This document shows positions 15,842 to 24,442 of a stretch of 52,731 nucleotides of DNA, piece after piece. Origin of the DNA: a virus (taxonomy: Duplodnaviria; Caudoviricetes). Below the pieces are notes generated by a model that was not told where the DNA came from, did not search any database, and saw only the letters and a program-made list of their open reading frames with translations. The stretch spans positions 1-52,731 of the IMG/VR virus record IMGVR_UViG_3300050343_000104; one strand, written 5' to 3'. How positions within the stretch are numbered: the stretch's first letter is position 1; every line of letters begins with the position of its first letter. A program made the position numbers and the translations under genes.

Positions 15842-16534
15842 ATGGCAATAGAATTTTATGATAGCCTAACTTCTGGAGGAGATATAACCGCCGATTCTTT
15901 TGTAAAGGATGGCGGCACGTCTACACAATACCTAATGGCGGACGGATCTGTATCTTCAGGTCCTTCCGGTGGTATTTCTGAAGTAGTTGCAGGCACAAAT
16001 TTAACTGGAGGCGGAACAGCTTCTACTGTGACATTAAATATGGCTACAGGAGGCATAGGCGCAGGGGATTATGGATCTGATAATAATGGTCTTAAAATAG
16101 ATAAAATAACGGTAGATGCTTATGGTAGAATTACCTCCATAACCACAGGGCTAACTGGAACGGGCAACGGAGATATAACAGCGGTTAACACCAGTTCGGG
16201 TTCAGGACTCAGCGGAGGCAGTACTTCTGGTTCGGTAAGTCTTTCTATAGATATGACAGGTACAAATAACTATATATCAGCGGCTTCTTCTACATTGACT
16301 AGCGCTGCTTCAGGTGATTTAATACCTATAGTAGATATTAGTAGTAGCAATACAGTTAAAAAAATAACAGCAGCAAATTTAGTTGGAGCAGGAGGGGGAG
16401 TTACATCTACAACATCAGGAGAACCTTCAGGGAGTTCTACTATAACTAATATTGTGCAAATAGATTTATCAGATTATAATACCGCTGCAAATAATGGTAA
16501 TTTAGTAACTGGAACAGTTTATTTAATAAAGTAA
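15842..16534 (+). CDS. short fibre protein
   Basis: FVKDGGTSTQYLMADGS, ITVDAYGRITS fibre motifs. Confidence 0.75.
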   Translation: MAIEFYDSLTSGGDITADSFVKDGGTSTQYLMADGSVSSGPSGGISEVVAGTNLTGGGTASTVTLNMATGGIGAGDYGSDNNGLKIDKITVDAYGRITSITTGLTGTGNGDITAVNTSSGSGLSGGSTSGSVSLSIDMTGTNNYISAASSTLTSAASGDLIPIVDISSSNTVKKITAANLVGAGGGVTSTTSGEPSGSSTITNIVQIDLSDYNTAANNGNLVTGTVYLIK

Positions 16535-16535
16535 T

Positions 16536-16946
16536 ATGCCTATAAAAATAAAAAATACTAATGAAGATGATGTTGTAGGGCTAGTGTATAGAACTTCAGG
16601 TAGTGGTAAACCTACGGAATTTACTGATGTTTATGTTTATCAGGATGAAGTTTTTCCAGGTCCTACATCTACAGGAGGAGTGGCTACGGTAACAATAAGT
16701 ACCGTGGGATATATAAAATGGTTTGCTGGAACTTTTGCTACCGTTCAAAGAAGTACCAGTGGTTCAGGCTCGGGAGCTACTTTTAATGTAGTTTTAAATA
16801 GTAGTGGAGCCGCAACTTCGGTTTCCTCTATAACAGCAGCAGGTTCGGGATATGCGGTAGGTGATACTATAACACTAGATTACACGTCAGTGCCAGACGG
16901 TAGAGAAGTTACATATACAGTATTAACAGTAGCTAGTATATCTTAA
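16536..16946 (+). CDS. structural protein (beta-rich, GSGYAVGDTIT motif)
   Basis: SGSGSGATFNV...GSGYAVGDTITL typical of phage virion proteins. Confidence 0.7.
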   Translation: MPIKIKNTNEDDVVGLVYRTSGSGKPTEFTDVYVYQDEVFPGPTSTGGVATVTISTVGYIKWFAGTFATVQRSTSGSGSGATFNVVLNSSGAATSVSSITAAGSGYAVGDTITLDYTSVPDGREVTYTVLTVASIS

Positions 16947-16959
16947 TTAAATAAGTTTT

Positions 16960-16988
16960 GTAGTTTTTTTAAATTACGTGTGATTATA
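16960..16988 (+). promoter_or_regulatory. class L promoter-like motif upstream of groEL
   Basis: GTAGTTTT-TTTA-AATTACGTGTGATTATA, 17 nt before ATG 17006. Confidence 0.75.
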
Positions 16989-17005
16989 TAATAAAATCTA
17001 ATTAA

Positions 17006-18548
17006 ATGAATCAAATAGTAAAACAATTTAGCTTTGGAGACAAAGGTAGAGAAAAAGTGTTTAAAGGTATCGAAACACTTACTGAAGCCGTAGCATCAAC
17101 ACTAGGAGGGAGGCGGTGAATGTGTAATTTTTGAGGATGCCCAGGGAATACCTGTAATAACTAAAGACGGTGTAACGGTAGCAGAATTATCTGTATTATT
17201 AGATCCTGTAGAAAATATGGGGGCATCACTAGTTAAAGCAAGCAGCAAGAAGAACAGTAGCTGAAGCAGGAGATGGCACAACGACTTCTACAGTGTTAGC
17301 TCACGCAATTTTAAAAGAGTTTGCTAAGTCGCCAGTTAAATTTACTAGTAGAGAAAAACGTGATGCTATAAATAATGTAGTAGATAAAGTTTTAAATAAC
17401 TTAGATAAACAAGCTAAGCCGGTAAATGGCGACATGATTGATGAGGTAGCTACAATATCTACAAATAATGATGCTAGAATTAGGCAAGCTGATAGCAGAT
17501 GCTTATAGAGCTGTAGATTTAACTGGAGTTGTTATGATGGAAACATCACAAGATGGTAATACTACAATTGAAGTCGTTGAAGGGGTGCAATATGAAAAAG
17601 GGTTTACGAATAATCACTTTGTAACAAATCACGCAAGCAATACAGCGGAGTTAAATAATCCTAAAATATTATTAATTGATTCGGCGGTTGATACTATAAG
17701 ACAGATACAAACAGTACTAGAACATGTTATAAAAAACAACATAGCTTTACTAATAGTAGGAGATGTTGATGCAAAAGTAGCAGCTGCTCTTGCAATGAAT
17801 AAAAACAAAGGAGCTATAAAAGTTAATATAGTGCCAGCACCTACTCATGGTGTTAATAGAAAAGAAATATTTGATGATTTAGCTTTGTTAACCGGAGCAA
17901 CAGTTATAAGCGAAAATTTAGGAGACGATTTAGATTTAATTGATTTAGATTGCTTAGGAACTTGCATTAAAGCTGTATCTACATTTAAAGACACGGTTTT
18001 TCAAATACAAGAAGATCAGTCAGAAGATATAAAATTAATAATAGAAAGTATAAAGGAACAACTTCTTATAGAAAGTAATCCTAATAAAATAGTTAAACTA
18101 GAAAAAAGATTAGCTATGTTATCCGCAAAGCTTGCAATAGTTAAAGTTGGAGGTAATTCGGATGTTGAGTTAAATGAAAAGAAAGATAGAGTAGAAGACG
18201 CAATATGCGCGACTAAAGCTGCTATAAAAGAAGGTGTGGTTGCCGGTGGCGGAGTTGCACTTATAAATGCCGCAAGAAATATAAAAACTAAATTAGCTAG
18301 TGAACAATTAGTTATAGAGGTCTTTGTATTATCCTTGCAAAACAATAATGAAAAACGCTGGTTTAGAATACGAAGACATTAATAAAAAAAATGTAGGAGT
18401 TAATGTAGAAACCGGTAAAACGGTTAATATGTTTAAAGCAGGTATTATTGATCCAGTATTAGTTACAAAATCTGCGCTAAAAAACGCAGCCTCAGTTGCT
18501 TCGACAATATTGTCTACCAACTGTGTTATGTCTAACGTAAGAGGATAA
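17006..18548 (+). CDS. groEL: chaperonin GroEL (four apparent single-base insertions near 17108, 17236, 17476, 18321; about 512 aa when repaired)
   Basis: ITKDGVTVA, AGDGTTTSTVLA, EKKDRVEDAICATKAAIKEGVVAGGG, GIIDPVLVTKSALKNAAS across successive +1 frames. Confidence 0.9.
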
Positions 18549-18549
18549 T

Positions 18550-18810
18550 ATGAATGCAATAGGTAGAAACATAATAATAAAAAAATTAAAAGAGGGTGTT
18601 ACTAAAACTAAAGGCGGTTTGCTTTTAGCCGAGAATCACCGAGAAGATATAAGATACGTAGAAGCTACGGTGGTATCTACGGGATCTGAATGTGACGGAA
18701 TAAATGAAGATGATGTAATATATTACGATCGTCATGCAGGACACAAGATTGAACTTGATAAAGAAACCTATCACGTAATTAAAGCTCAAGATGTAGTATT
18801 TGTTTTATGA
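18550..18810 (+). CDS. groES: co-chaperonin GroES
   Basis: TKGGLLL mobile loop, ATVVSTG, DVIYY, adjacent to groEL. Confidence 0.85.
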   Translation: MNAIGRNIIIKKLKEGVTKTKGGLLLAENHREDIRYVEATVVSTGSECDGINEDDVIYYDRHAGHKIELDKETYHVIKAQDVVFVL

Positions 18811-19253
18811 GAAAATTAACCGGCCAGGAATTAAAAGAAATAGGTCTGTTAAAACATTATAGAGTAATACGAAGATGGGCTTGTAAAAAAACCGGATTAA
18901 CCGATGCTGATTTAGAACTATTAATATATTTTGATTGTCTAAACAAATTTACAAGAAAAGATTTTGAAGATGGTATATTAATTTATTCTTGGGACAATCG
19001 TAGATGGAATAGATTATTAAAAGAAGGTTGGATAGTTAAATGGAGAGGATATAACGGTGCAGATAAAAGTTATAGTATATATCAGGTCAGTTTACAAACA
19101 AAAAATATAATACAACAGATTTATAGAATAATGCTGGGGACAGAAGATATACCAACTTCTACAAGACGTAACCCAGCAATGAAACGAATTTCTTACAGTG
19201 ACAAAACTTTAGCCACTGCTATAGAAAAAATTAATAAAGATAAAACAAGATAA
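18807..19253 (+). CDS. putative winged-helix DNA-binding protein
   Basis: LTDADLELLIY...FTRKDF...WNRLLKEGWIVK...YQVS MarR-like pattern. Confidence 0.5.
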   Translation: MRKLTGQELKEIGLLKHYRVIRRWACKKTGLTDADLELLIYFDCLNKFTRKDFEDGILIYSWDNRRWNRLLKEGWIVKWRGYNGADKSYSIYQVSLQTKNIIQQIYRIMLGTEDIPTSTRRNPAMKRISYSDKTLATAIEKINKDKTR

Positions 19254-19255
19254 TT

Positions 19256-19636
19256 ATGGCAGGAATAGTATCAGCTATGGTGCAGCAAGCATCACAATTT
19301 AATAAAGATAAGATTTCTTCAGCTGCAGGTGCAATGTTGGGAATGCGGCCTACTACTCAAGCTCAAATACAAGCTAAAGCTATGGGGCAAGGCTCTGTTG
19401 GCAATGCCGCAGGGGTTTCAAACCCAGCGCCAGCTGGAATGGCGGCTGCCGCTTCATCAGGTGCAGACACAAGTGGGCTAGAAGCTAGAATAGCCGCATT
19501 AGAGGCCTCTGGATCTAATACGCCTTCAGCTTCTTCATCTATGGACCCAAGAGCAATAGCTACGGGAGAAGCAATGTTTGGAAATCAAGAACAAAGAAAT
19601 AATTCAATAAATCCTTTTAATAGTGCATTAATTTAA
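19256..19636 (+). CDS. Ala/Ser-rich hypothetical protein
   Basis: 126-aa ORF in operon. Confidence 0.7.
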   Translation: MAGIVSAMVQQASQFNKDKISSAAGAMLGMRPTTQAQIQAKAMGQGSVGNAAGVSNPAPAGMAAAASSGADTSGLEARIAALEASGSNTPSASSSMDPRAIATGEAMFGNQEQRNNSINPFNSALI

Positions 19637-19643
19637 AAAAAAT

Positions 19644-19868
19644 ATGGAATATACAAAAAAACCAATAGCTAACGCAACAGGTAAAGCTTCAGGAGAAGTA
19701 GGGGAAAGCGCTTTATGGGATGGTCCCTTAAGTCAGTCAGGAAGACCTCACGGTAAAGGTTCTTCATCAGGAATAAGAGGCATGGAGGTATTAAAATACC
19801 CATGCAGCTACGAGTCTAAACCAATAACAGAGTGTGCCAAGAAAGGAAGGTACAATGAATCTTACTAA
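19644..19868 (+). CDS. hypothetical protein
   Basis: 74-aa ORF in operon. Confidence 0.7.
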   Translation: MEYTKKPIANATGKASGEVGESALWDGPLSQSGRPHGKGSSSGIRGMEVLKYPCSYESKPITECAKKGRYNESY

Positions 19869-20241
19869 AAATTTTAGTAAATCTGAATTTGATTGTAACT
19901 GTGGGTGTGATATGCCAGAAGAAGTTTTGATGGAAATTCAAAAACTAGCTGGGCAATTACAGCACATTAGGGATTTTATAAGAAAACCTATTAAACTAAC
20001 AAACGCATACAGATGTCCAGAACATAATAAAAAGGTGGGGGGAGTTTCAAATTCTCAACATATTTTAGGTAAAGCAGCAGATATCCAAGTAAGTGGGTTA
20101 GATCCGTTAGAGGTCTATAAAACTATAGATAATTTAGCTGAACACGGACATATATTACAAGGAGGTCTTGGCAAATACAATACCTTCACTCATTACGATA
20201 TAAGAAAAACTAGAGCCCGTTGGGATAAAACAGTAGAATAA
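19855..20241 (+). CDS. endolysin, peptidase M15 family
   Basis: NFSKSEFDC.CG, AYRCPEHNKKVGG..NSQH..GKAADI, FTHYDIR; likely start MNLTKNF. Confidence 0.9.
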   Translation: MNLTKNFSKSEFDCNCGCDMPEEVLMEIQKLAGQLQHIRDFIRKPIKLTNAYRCPEHNKKVGGVSNSQHILGKAADIQVSGLDPLEVYKTIDNLAEHGHILQGGLGKYNTFTHYDIRKTRARWDKTVE

Positions 20242-20555
20242 TGGCAGTTAAGAAAAAGGCAGCACCTAAAAAAAGAGGTAAGGCACCATCGCGTAAGAAA
20301 TCTAAAGGAAACTACGCAAAAGTAAAAAAAGGCAAAGGTACCGGAAAGAAAGCCGGTGGGGGAATGACTGCTAAAGGAGTTGCTAAGTATCGTAAGGATA
20401 ATCCCGGCAGTAAATTAAAAACTGCGGTAACCACACCTCCTTCAAAACTTAAAAAAGGTAGTAAGGCCGCTAAAAGACGTAAATCATTTTGCGCAAGATC
20501 TAAAGGCTGGAAGTCAGAAAGAGGATTGGCTGCGCGAAGAAAATGGAACTGTTAG
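20241..20555 (+). CDS. basic phage protein (SFCAR...ARRKWNC family)
   Basis: GGGMTAKGVAKYR..NPGSKLK, RRKSFCARS, AARRKWNC. Confidence 0.8.
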   Translation: MAVKKKAAPKKRGKAPSRKKSKGNYAKVKKGKGTGKKAGGGMTAKGVAKYRKDNPGSKLKTAVTTPPSKLKKGSKAAKRRKSFCARSKGWKSERGLAARRKWNC

Positions 20556-20556
20556 T

Positions 20557-20691
20557 ATGAAAAATAAAAAAAATTGCGGATGCTTTAGCAAGTACATGAA
20601 GCCTTCTATAAAAGGAACTAAAGGATCAAAAGGTAGAAACGGCTGGGATGCAAAGCCGGTATTTAGAATAACTAATCCAGGTAGAAGATGA
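20557..20691 (+). CDS. 44-aa basic microprotein
   Basis: MKNKKNCGCFSKYMKPSIKGTKGSKGRNGWDAKPVFRITNPGRR*, ATGA overlap with next gene. Confidence 0.65.
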   Translation: MKNKKNCGCFSKYMKPSIKGTKGSKGRNGWDAKPVFRITNPGRR

Positions 20692-20810
20692 AAAAGAAAA
20701 CAAACAAAGACGCTTGCTATTATAAAATAAAAGGAAGCTATAAAGTATTTCCATCCGCTTATGCCAGCGGGGCAATTGCAAAGTGTCGTAAGAACAAAGG
20801 TAAAAAATAA
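20688..20810 (+). CDS. 40-aa basic microprotein (PSAYASGA family)
   Basis: KDACYYKIKGSYKVFPSAYASGAIAKCRK. Confidence 0.75.
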   Translation: MKKKTNKDACYYKIKGSYKVFPSAYASGAIAKCRKNKGKK

Positions 20811-21067
20811 TGGCTGTTCGTAAAACAAAAGAGGGGGCTTCATTAAAAAGATGGTTTAAAGAAAAATGGACAGACGAAAAAGGTAATGTTTGTGGATCTA
20901 CTAAGAATAAAAAAACCAAAAAGTGTAGGCCTTCTAAAAGAGTAAGTTCAAAAACTCCAAAAACATGGAAAGAAATGTCTCCGGCTGAAAAGAAAAAGGC
21001 TGTAGCAGAAAAGAAAAGAACAGGTATGGGTAAAAGAACTTCTTCTTTAAAAAGAAAAAAGAAATGA
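20810..21067 (+). CDS. basic phage protein (LKRWFKEKW family)
   Basis: LKRWFKEKWTD..G..CG, KCRPSKRVSSKTPKT. Confidence 0.8.
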   Translation: MAVRKTKEGASLKRWFKEKWTDEKGNVCGSTKNKKTKKCRPSKRVSSKTPKTWKEMSPAEKKKAVAEKKRTGMGKRTSSLKRKKK

Positions 21068-21555
21068 GTAAAAATCCAAATGCTAAAAAGAACGGTGGCG
21101 AAGGAACAGCTGTAGGAAAAGCATTAAGATTCTTAGCCGCTCAAGGAAAAAAGTTTGCGCCAGAACTGCTGGATATGGCAGGATCATTAACTGGTGTTGA
21201 AGCGTTAAGTAAATTAGGTGATGCAATTAAAGGAGATCCTGAATTATCTGAATTAGATAAAAAAATATTGCTCGCGGAGCTGGAAACAGATGCAGTAAGG
21301 GAACAAGAAATAACTAAACGCTGGGAAGCAGATTTGCATTCAGACAGCTGGCTATCAAAAAACGTAAGACCGTTAACGTTGTCCTTTTTATTAGTAAGTA
21401 TGTTTCTGTTCGTTATATTAGATAGCACAAATTCAATACCATTCAACATAGATCCAGAATGGATTGACCTCCTTAAAGCACTTATGATAACCGCCGTTGG
21501 TGGTTACTTTGTAGTAAGATCAGGAGAAAAAATAACAAACAAATTAAAAAAATAA
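21064..21555 (+). CDS. holin (3TM/GTA-type)
   Basis: RWEAD..SDSWLSKNVRPLTL followed by hydrophobic segments and YFVVRSGEK. Confidence 0.75.
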   Translation: MSKNPNAKKNGGEGTAVGKALRFLAAQGKKFAPELLDMAGSLTGVEALSKLGDAIKGDPELSELDKKILLAELETDAVREQEITKRWEADLHSDSWLSKNVRPLTLSFLLVSMFLFVILDSTNSIPFNIDPEWIDLLKALMITAVGGYFVVRSGEKITNKLKK

Positions 21556-21560
21556 AGCCA

Positions 21561-21716
21561 ATGAACAATTACAAAAAACCAAGTAGCCCATTTGCAATGA
21601 AAATGGCAAAAACAAAGTCATCTTTACCTATGAAAGGTGATTTAGATAAAGACGGTAAAATGTCAGGGTACGAAAGTAAAAGACAGGCGGCTATTGAAAA
21701 AAACATGAAAAAATAA
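21561..21716 (+). CDS. 51-aa protein with EF-hand-like loop
   Basis: MNNYKKPSSPFAMK...KGDLDKDGKMSGYESKRQAAIEKNMKK*. Confidence 0.7.
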   Translation: MNNYKKPSSPFAMKMAKTKSSLPMKGDLDKDGKMSGYESKRQAAIEKNMKK

Positions 21717-21717
21717 A

Positions 21718-22023
21718 ATGCCTTTTAAAATTAAAGCTCCTTATAAAATAATTAATACTCCTATATATTATCAAGACTTAGACGGAACTACTTTGGGATT
21801 AGCTAATAATAATGGAACTATTATATTAAACGATAAACTATCTCCTCTAAAAGAAAAAAATGTAATAGACCACGAAATGGTACACATCAATCAAATGAAA
21901 AGAGGTGATTTAGATTATGACGATAAAAATGTTTATTGGAAAGGGAAAGCTTATTCACGAAGCACTATGAAAGAAGGGGCAAAAAATTTGCCTTGGGAAG
22001 CTGAAGCTTATAAAAATTCATAA
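21718..22023 (+). CDS. small zincin-like metallopeptidase
   Basis: HEMVH (HExxH) and PWEAEAY. Confidence 0.7.
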   Translation: MPFKIKAPYKIINTPIYYQDLDGTTLGLANNNGTIILNDKLSPLKEKNVIDHEMVHINQMKRGDLDYDDKNVYWKGKAYSRSTMKEGAKNLPWEAEAYKNS

Positions 22024-22233
22024 ATGAAAACTTCTAAAAAAGGTTATTTAAAAAACAGCCCTGACGTTAACAAACCTCAAAATATCATAAAGGGAGGGCA
22101 CATAACAATGAAAGGAGTTAAGTTTAAAGTATTAGGGACTGACGACCGGGGATATACTCAAATAATGTATCCAGGATATGATTATTATTTTCCTCATGCT
22201 AAATACGTTATAGAAACACCAATTAAAAATTAA
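22024..22233 (+). CDS. conserved phage hypothetical protein
   Basis: ITMKGV.FKVLGTDD.G....MYPG.DY.FP. Confidence 0.7.
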   Translation: MKTSKKGYLKNSPDVNKPQNIIKGGHITMKGVKFKVLGTDDRGYTQIMYPGYDYYFPHAKYVIETPIKN

Positions 22234-22250
22234 CAATTAAATCTAATAAA

Positions 22251-22592
22251 ATGAAAAATTTATTTATTACATTATTATTACTAGTATCAAGTCAATTATT
22301 TGCGCAAAAAGAGTTAAGTGGTTTATGGGAGAGTAAAACCTCCTCTTACATAACCACAATAGTAACTTCAGAATATGCGGTATTAAACGTTTTTAATACA
22401 AGTTTTAGCAAAAATAGAGTAATAACAGAAAAAATAATAGATTATAAAAACAATAAATTAACAACTAACCTACACAATTCTCTTAACGGGTACACTGTTC
22501 AAATTGAATATTCTTTACAAAGTGAGGATATTATTGTTTGTACTTATAGTGGCGACTGGGAAGGAGATATTATATTAACCCGATTAAAATAA
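22251..22592 (+). CDS. exported protein (Sec signal peptide)
   Basis: MKNLFITLLLLVSSQLFA|Q signal peptide of Bacteroidota style; LSGLW lipocalin-like start. Confidence 0.7.
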   Translation: MKNLFITLLLLVSSQLFAQKELSGLWESKTSSYITTIVTSEYAVLNVFNTSFSKNRVITEKIIDYKNNKLTTNLHNSLNGYTVQIEYSLQSEDIIVCTYSGDWEGDIILTRLK

Positions 22593-22598
22593 ATAATT

Positions 22599-23084
22599 AT
22601 GGCATACATGCAAGAACCCGGTAGAGCTCCACTAAAAAACAAAAAATTTGAGGATCTAACCAATGGAACACCCTTAAGACAAGAAATGAGTAATGACGAA
22701 AAAGAAGGAAGAGGAAAATATTCTAAAAATAAAAAGGATAGTGGTGGGAATTACTACGCCGTAGATCAAAAAGACGGAACAGAATACAGAAGTACTCCAG
22801 GCAGCAGGAAATTTAATGCAGACGCTCGCGATGGCACAATAGCAACACCAGAAACTTCTAATGTTATCTACGATTCTAATACCAAAACGTATACTCCTAA
22901 GCCTTATGCAGATAAAGCGCCTAAGAAACAAATTCCTGAATACAAAAAACGACTAGCCAAAAAAGGGGACCCTTATGCTAGAAGAGAACACAATGCGTAT
23001 AAAAAAGATTCAACTGATTATATGCGATATGCAAACAGAGATGCTGCAAAGTATAACATAGCGTCTAGACGAGCCCAACAATAA
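22599..23084 (+). CDS. hypothetical hydrophilic protein
   Basis: 161-aa ORF. Confidence 0.7.
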   Translation: MAYMQEPGRAPLKNKKFEDLTNGTPLRQEMSNDEKEGRGKYSKNKKDSGGNYYAVDQKDGTEYRSTPGSRKFNADARDGTIATPETSNVIYDSNTKTYTPKPYADKAPKKQIPEYKKRLAKKGDPYARREHNAYKKDSTDYMRYANRDAAKYNIASRRAQQ

Positions 23085-23118
23085 ATAAAATAATTATTAA
23101 CAATTAAATTAAATTAAC

Positions 23119-23388
23119 ATGAGTAAAGTAAAAGAAATGAAATCAGAAAATTTATCAATCAGTAAAGAACAATTAGAAAAAGTACAAGGATTGCAAGCAG
23201 ACTTGCAGAAGTATTGCGCTCATATTGGAGGGCTAGAAGTTCAAAAAGCAAAAGCTATTTACCAGGTAAATATGCTTGAAAAAGAGCTAGATGAATTTAA
23301 AGCTGCAATAGAAGAAGAGTATGGACCTATAAACATTGATTTAACTAATGGAAGCTACGAAAAAATAGTTCCTGCAGATAAAGACTAA
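23119..23388 (+). CDS. coiled-coil hypothetical protein
   Basis: 89-aa helical ORF ending YGPINIDLTNGSY. Confidence 0.75.
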   Translation: MSKVKEMKSENLSISKEQLEKVQGLQADLQKYCAHIGGLEVQKAKAIYQVNMLEKELDEFKAAIEEEYGPINIDLTNGSYEKIVPADKD

Positions 23389-23392
23389 TGTA

Positions 23393-23620
23393 ATGGATAA
23401 TGTTATAAGAAAAATTAGTATTGGTGCTGACTATAAGAACGAAGCAATGCATTACTCTGTTAAGCAGACAGTTTACGGTGGGCACGAAATTTCTCATATA
23501 ATATTTGAAGAGTCTGATAATTCTTATAATATATTTATAAAAAAGAACAATGAGGTAATGCCATGGAAGAAATTTAATTCTAACATGGCAATATCCGTTG
23601 AGTATGACTTGGAGTACTAA
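23393..23620 (+). CDS. conserved phage hypothetical protein
   Basis: IRKISIGADYKNEAMHY...WKKFN.NMAISVEYD. Confidence 0.75.
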   Translation: MDNVIRKISIGADYKNEAMHYSVKQTVYGGHEISHIIFEESDNSYNIFIKKNNEVMPWKKFNSNMAISVEYDLEY

Positions 23621-24225
23621 TGAGGAGTATATACGATTTTATCATAAAGCCGGTAGGCCAAAGATATGATAATACGGTAAAGGTTGGAGAAGTGGACCTT
23701 ATAACTAATACTTCTATAGAGAGTTTTAAACACGTTAATAATATAGCGGAAGTTGTAGAAACCCCAGCGGCATTTGCAACACCTATAAAAAAAGGAGATC
23801 TAATTGTAGTTCATCATAACGTGTTTAGAGTTTTTTATGATATGAAAGGACTTAAAAAAAATAGTAGATCATTTCTTAAGGACGGACTTTTTATGTGTGC
23901 AATAGATCAAATATATTTGTACAAAAGCAAAAAGAACTGGAAATCATTTGGGGATAGATGCTTTGTTGCTCCGGTTAAAAATAAAGACCCTTTTAGCAGC
24001 GATAAAACAGCTAGCCTTATTGGTATACTAAAAATAGGTAATAAGTCCTTAGAACGCGCTGGAATCAATCCAGGAGACATAATTGGATTTACACCAAATA
24101 GCGAATGGGAATTTGTTATAGATAATCAGATTATGTATTGTATGAAATCAAATGATATTGTTATAAAGTATGAGCTCGATAGAAACGAAGAAGAATATAA
24201 TAGCGGCTGGGCGCGAAGCAATTAA
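23620..24225 (+). CDS. tandem GroES-like domain protein
   Basis: Two halves with GroES-type patterns: FIIKP...AEVV..P...IKKGDLIVVHH and DRCFVAP...INPGDIIGF...YCMKSNDIV. Confidence 0.55.
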   Translation: MRSIYDFIIKPVGQRYDNTVKVGEVDLITNTSIESFKHVNNIAEVVETPAAFATPIKKGDLIVVHHNVFRVFYDMKGLKKNSRSFLKDGLFMCAIDQIYLYKSKKNWKSFGDRCFVAPVKNKDPFSSDKTASLIGILKIGNKSLERAGINPGDIIGFTPNSEWEFVIDNQIMYCMKSNDIVIKYELDRNEEEYNSGWARSN

Positions 24226-24442
24226 AGAATTAGTAAAGGTAGCAAAAGAAAAGATCGTTGACTCAGAGGAGGATATATCCGCTGACAGACTTAAAAATGC
24301 TGCCGCTACTAAAAAACTTTGCATATTTGACGCTTTTGAAATATTAAACAAAATACAAGAAGAAGAGCAAATGATTTTAGACTCTAGTAATAAAGAAAGT
24401 AAACCTGCTTTTAAAGGGTTTGCGGAGGGGAGATCTAAATAA
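24170..24442 (+). CDS. putative terminase small subunit
   Basis: Small helical protein overlapping the start of terL. Confidence 0.55.
   Translation: MSSIETKKNIIAAGREAIKELVKVAKEKIVDSEEDISADRLKNAAATKKLCIFDAFEILNKIQEEEQMILDSSNKESKPAFKGFAEGRSK

Noticed and set aside
8058-15848. Antisense ORFs within the fibre genes and other alternative-frame ORFs in the track
   Set aside because: Shadow frames of G/T/S-rich coding sequence with no start context or recognisable motifs
17006-18548. Programmed frameshifting or pseudogenisation of groEL
   Set aside because: Four independent single-base insertions, no slippery-site pattern, catalytic motifs intact; the same error style occurs elsewhere in the contig
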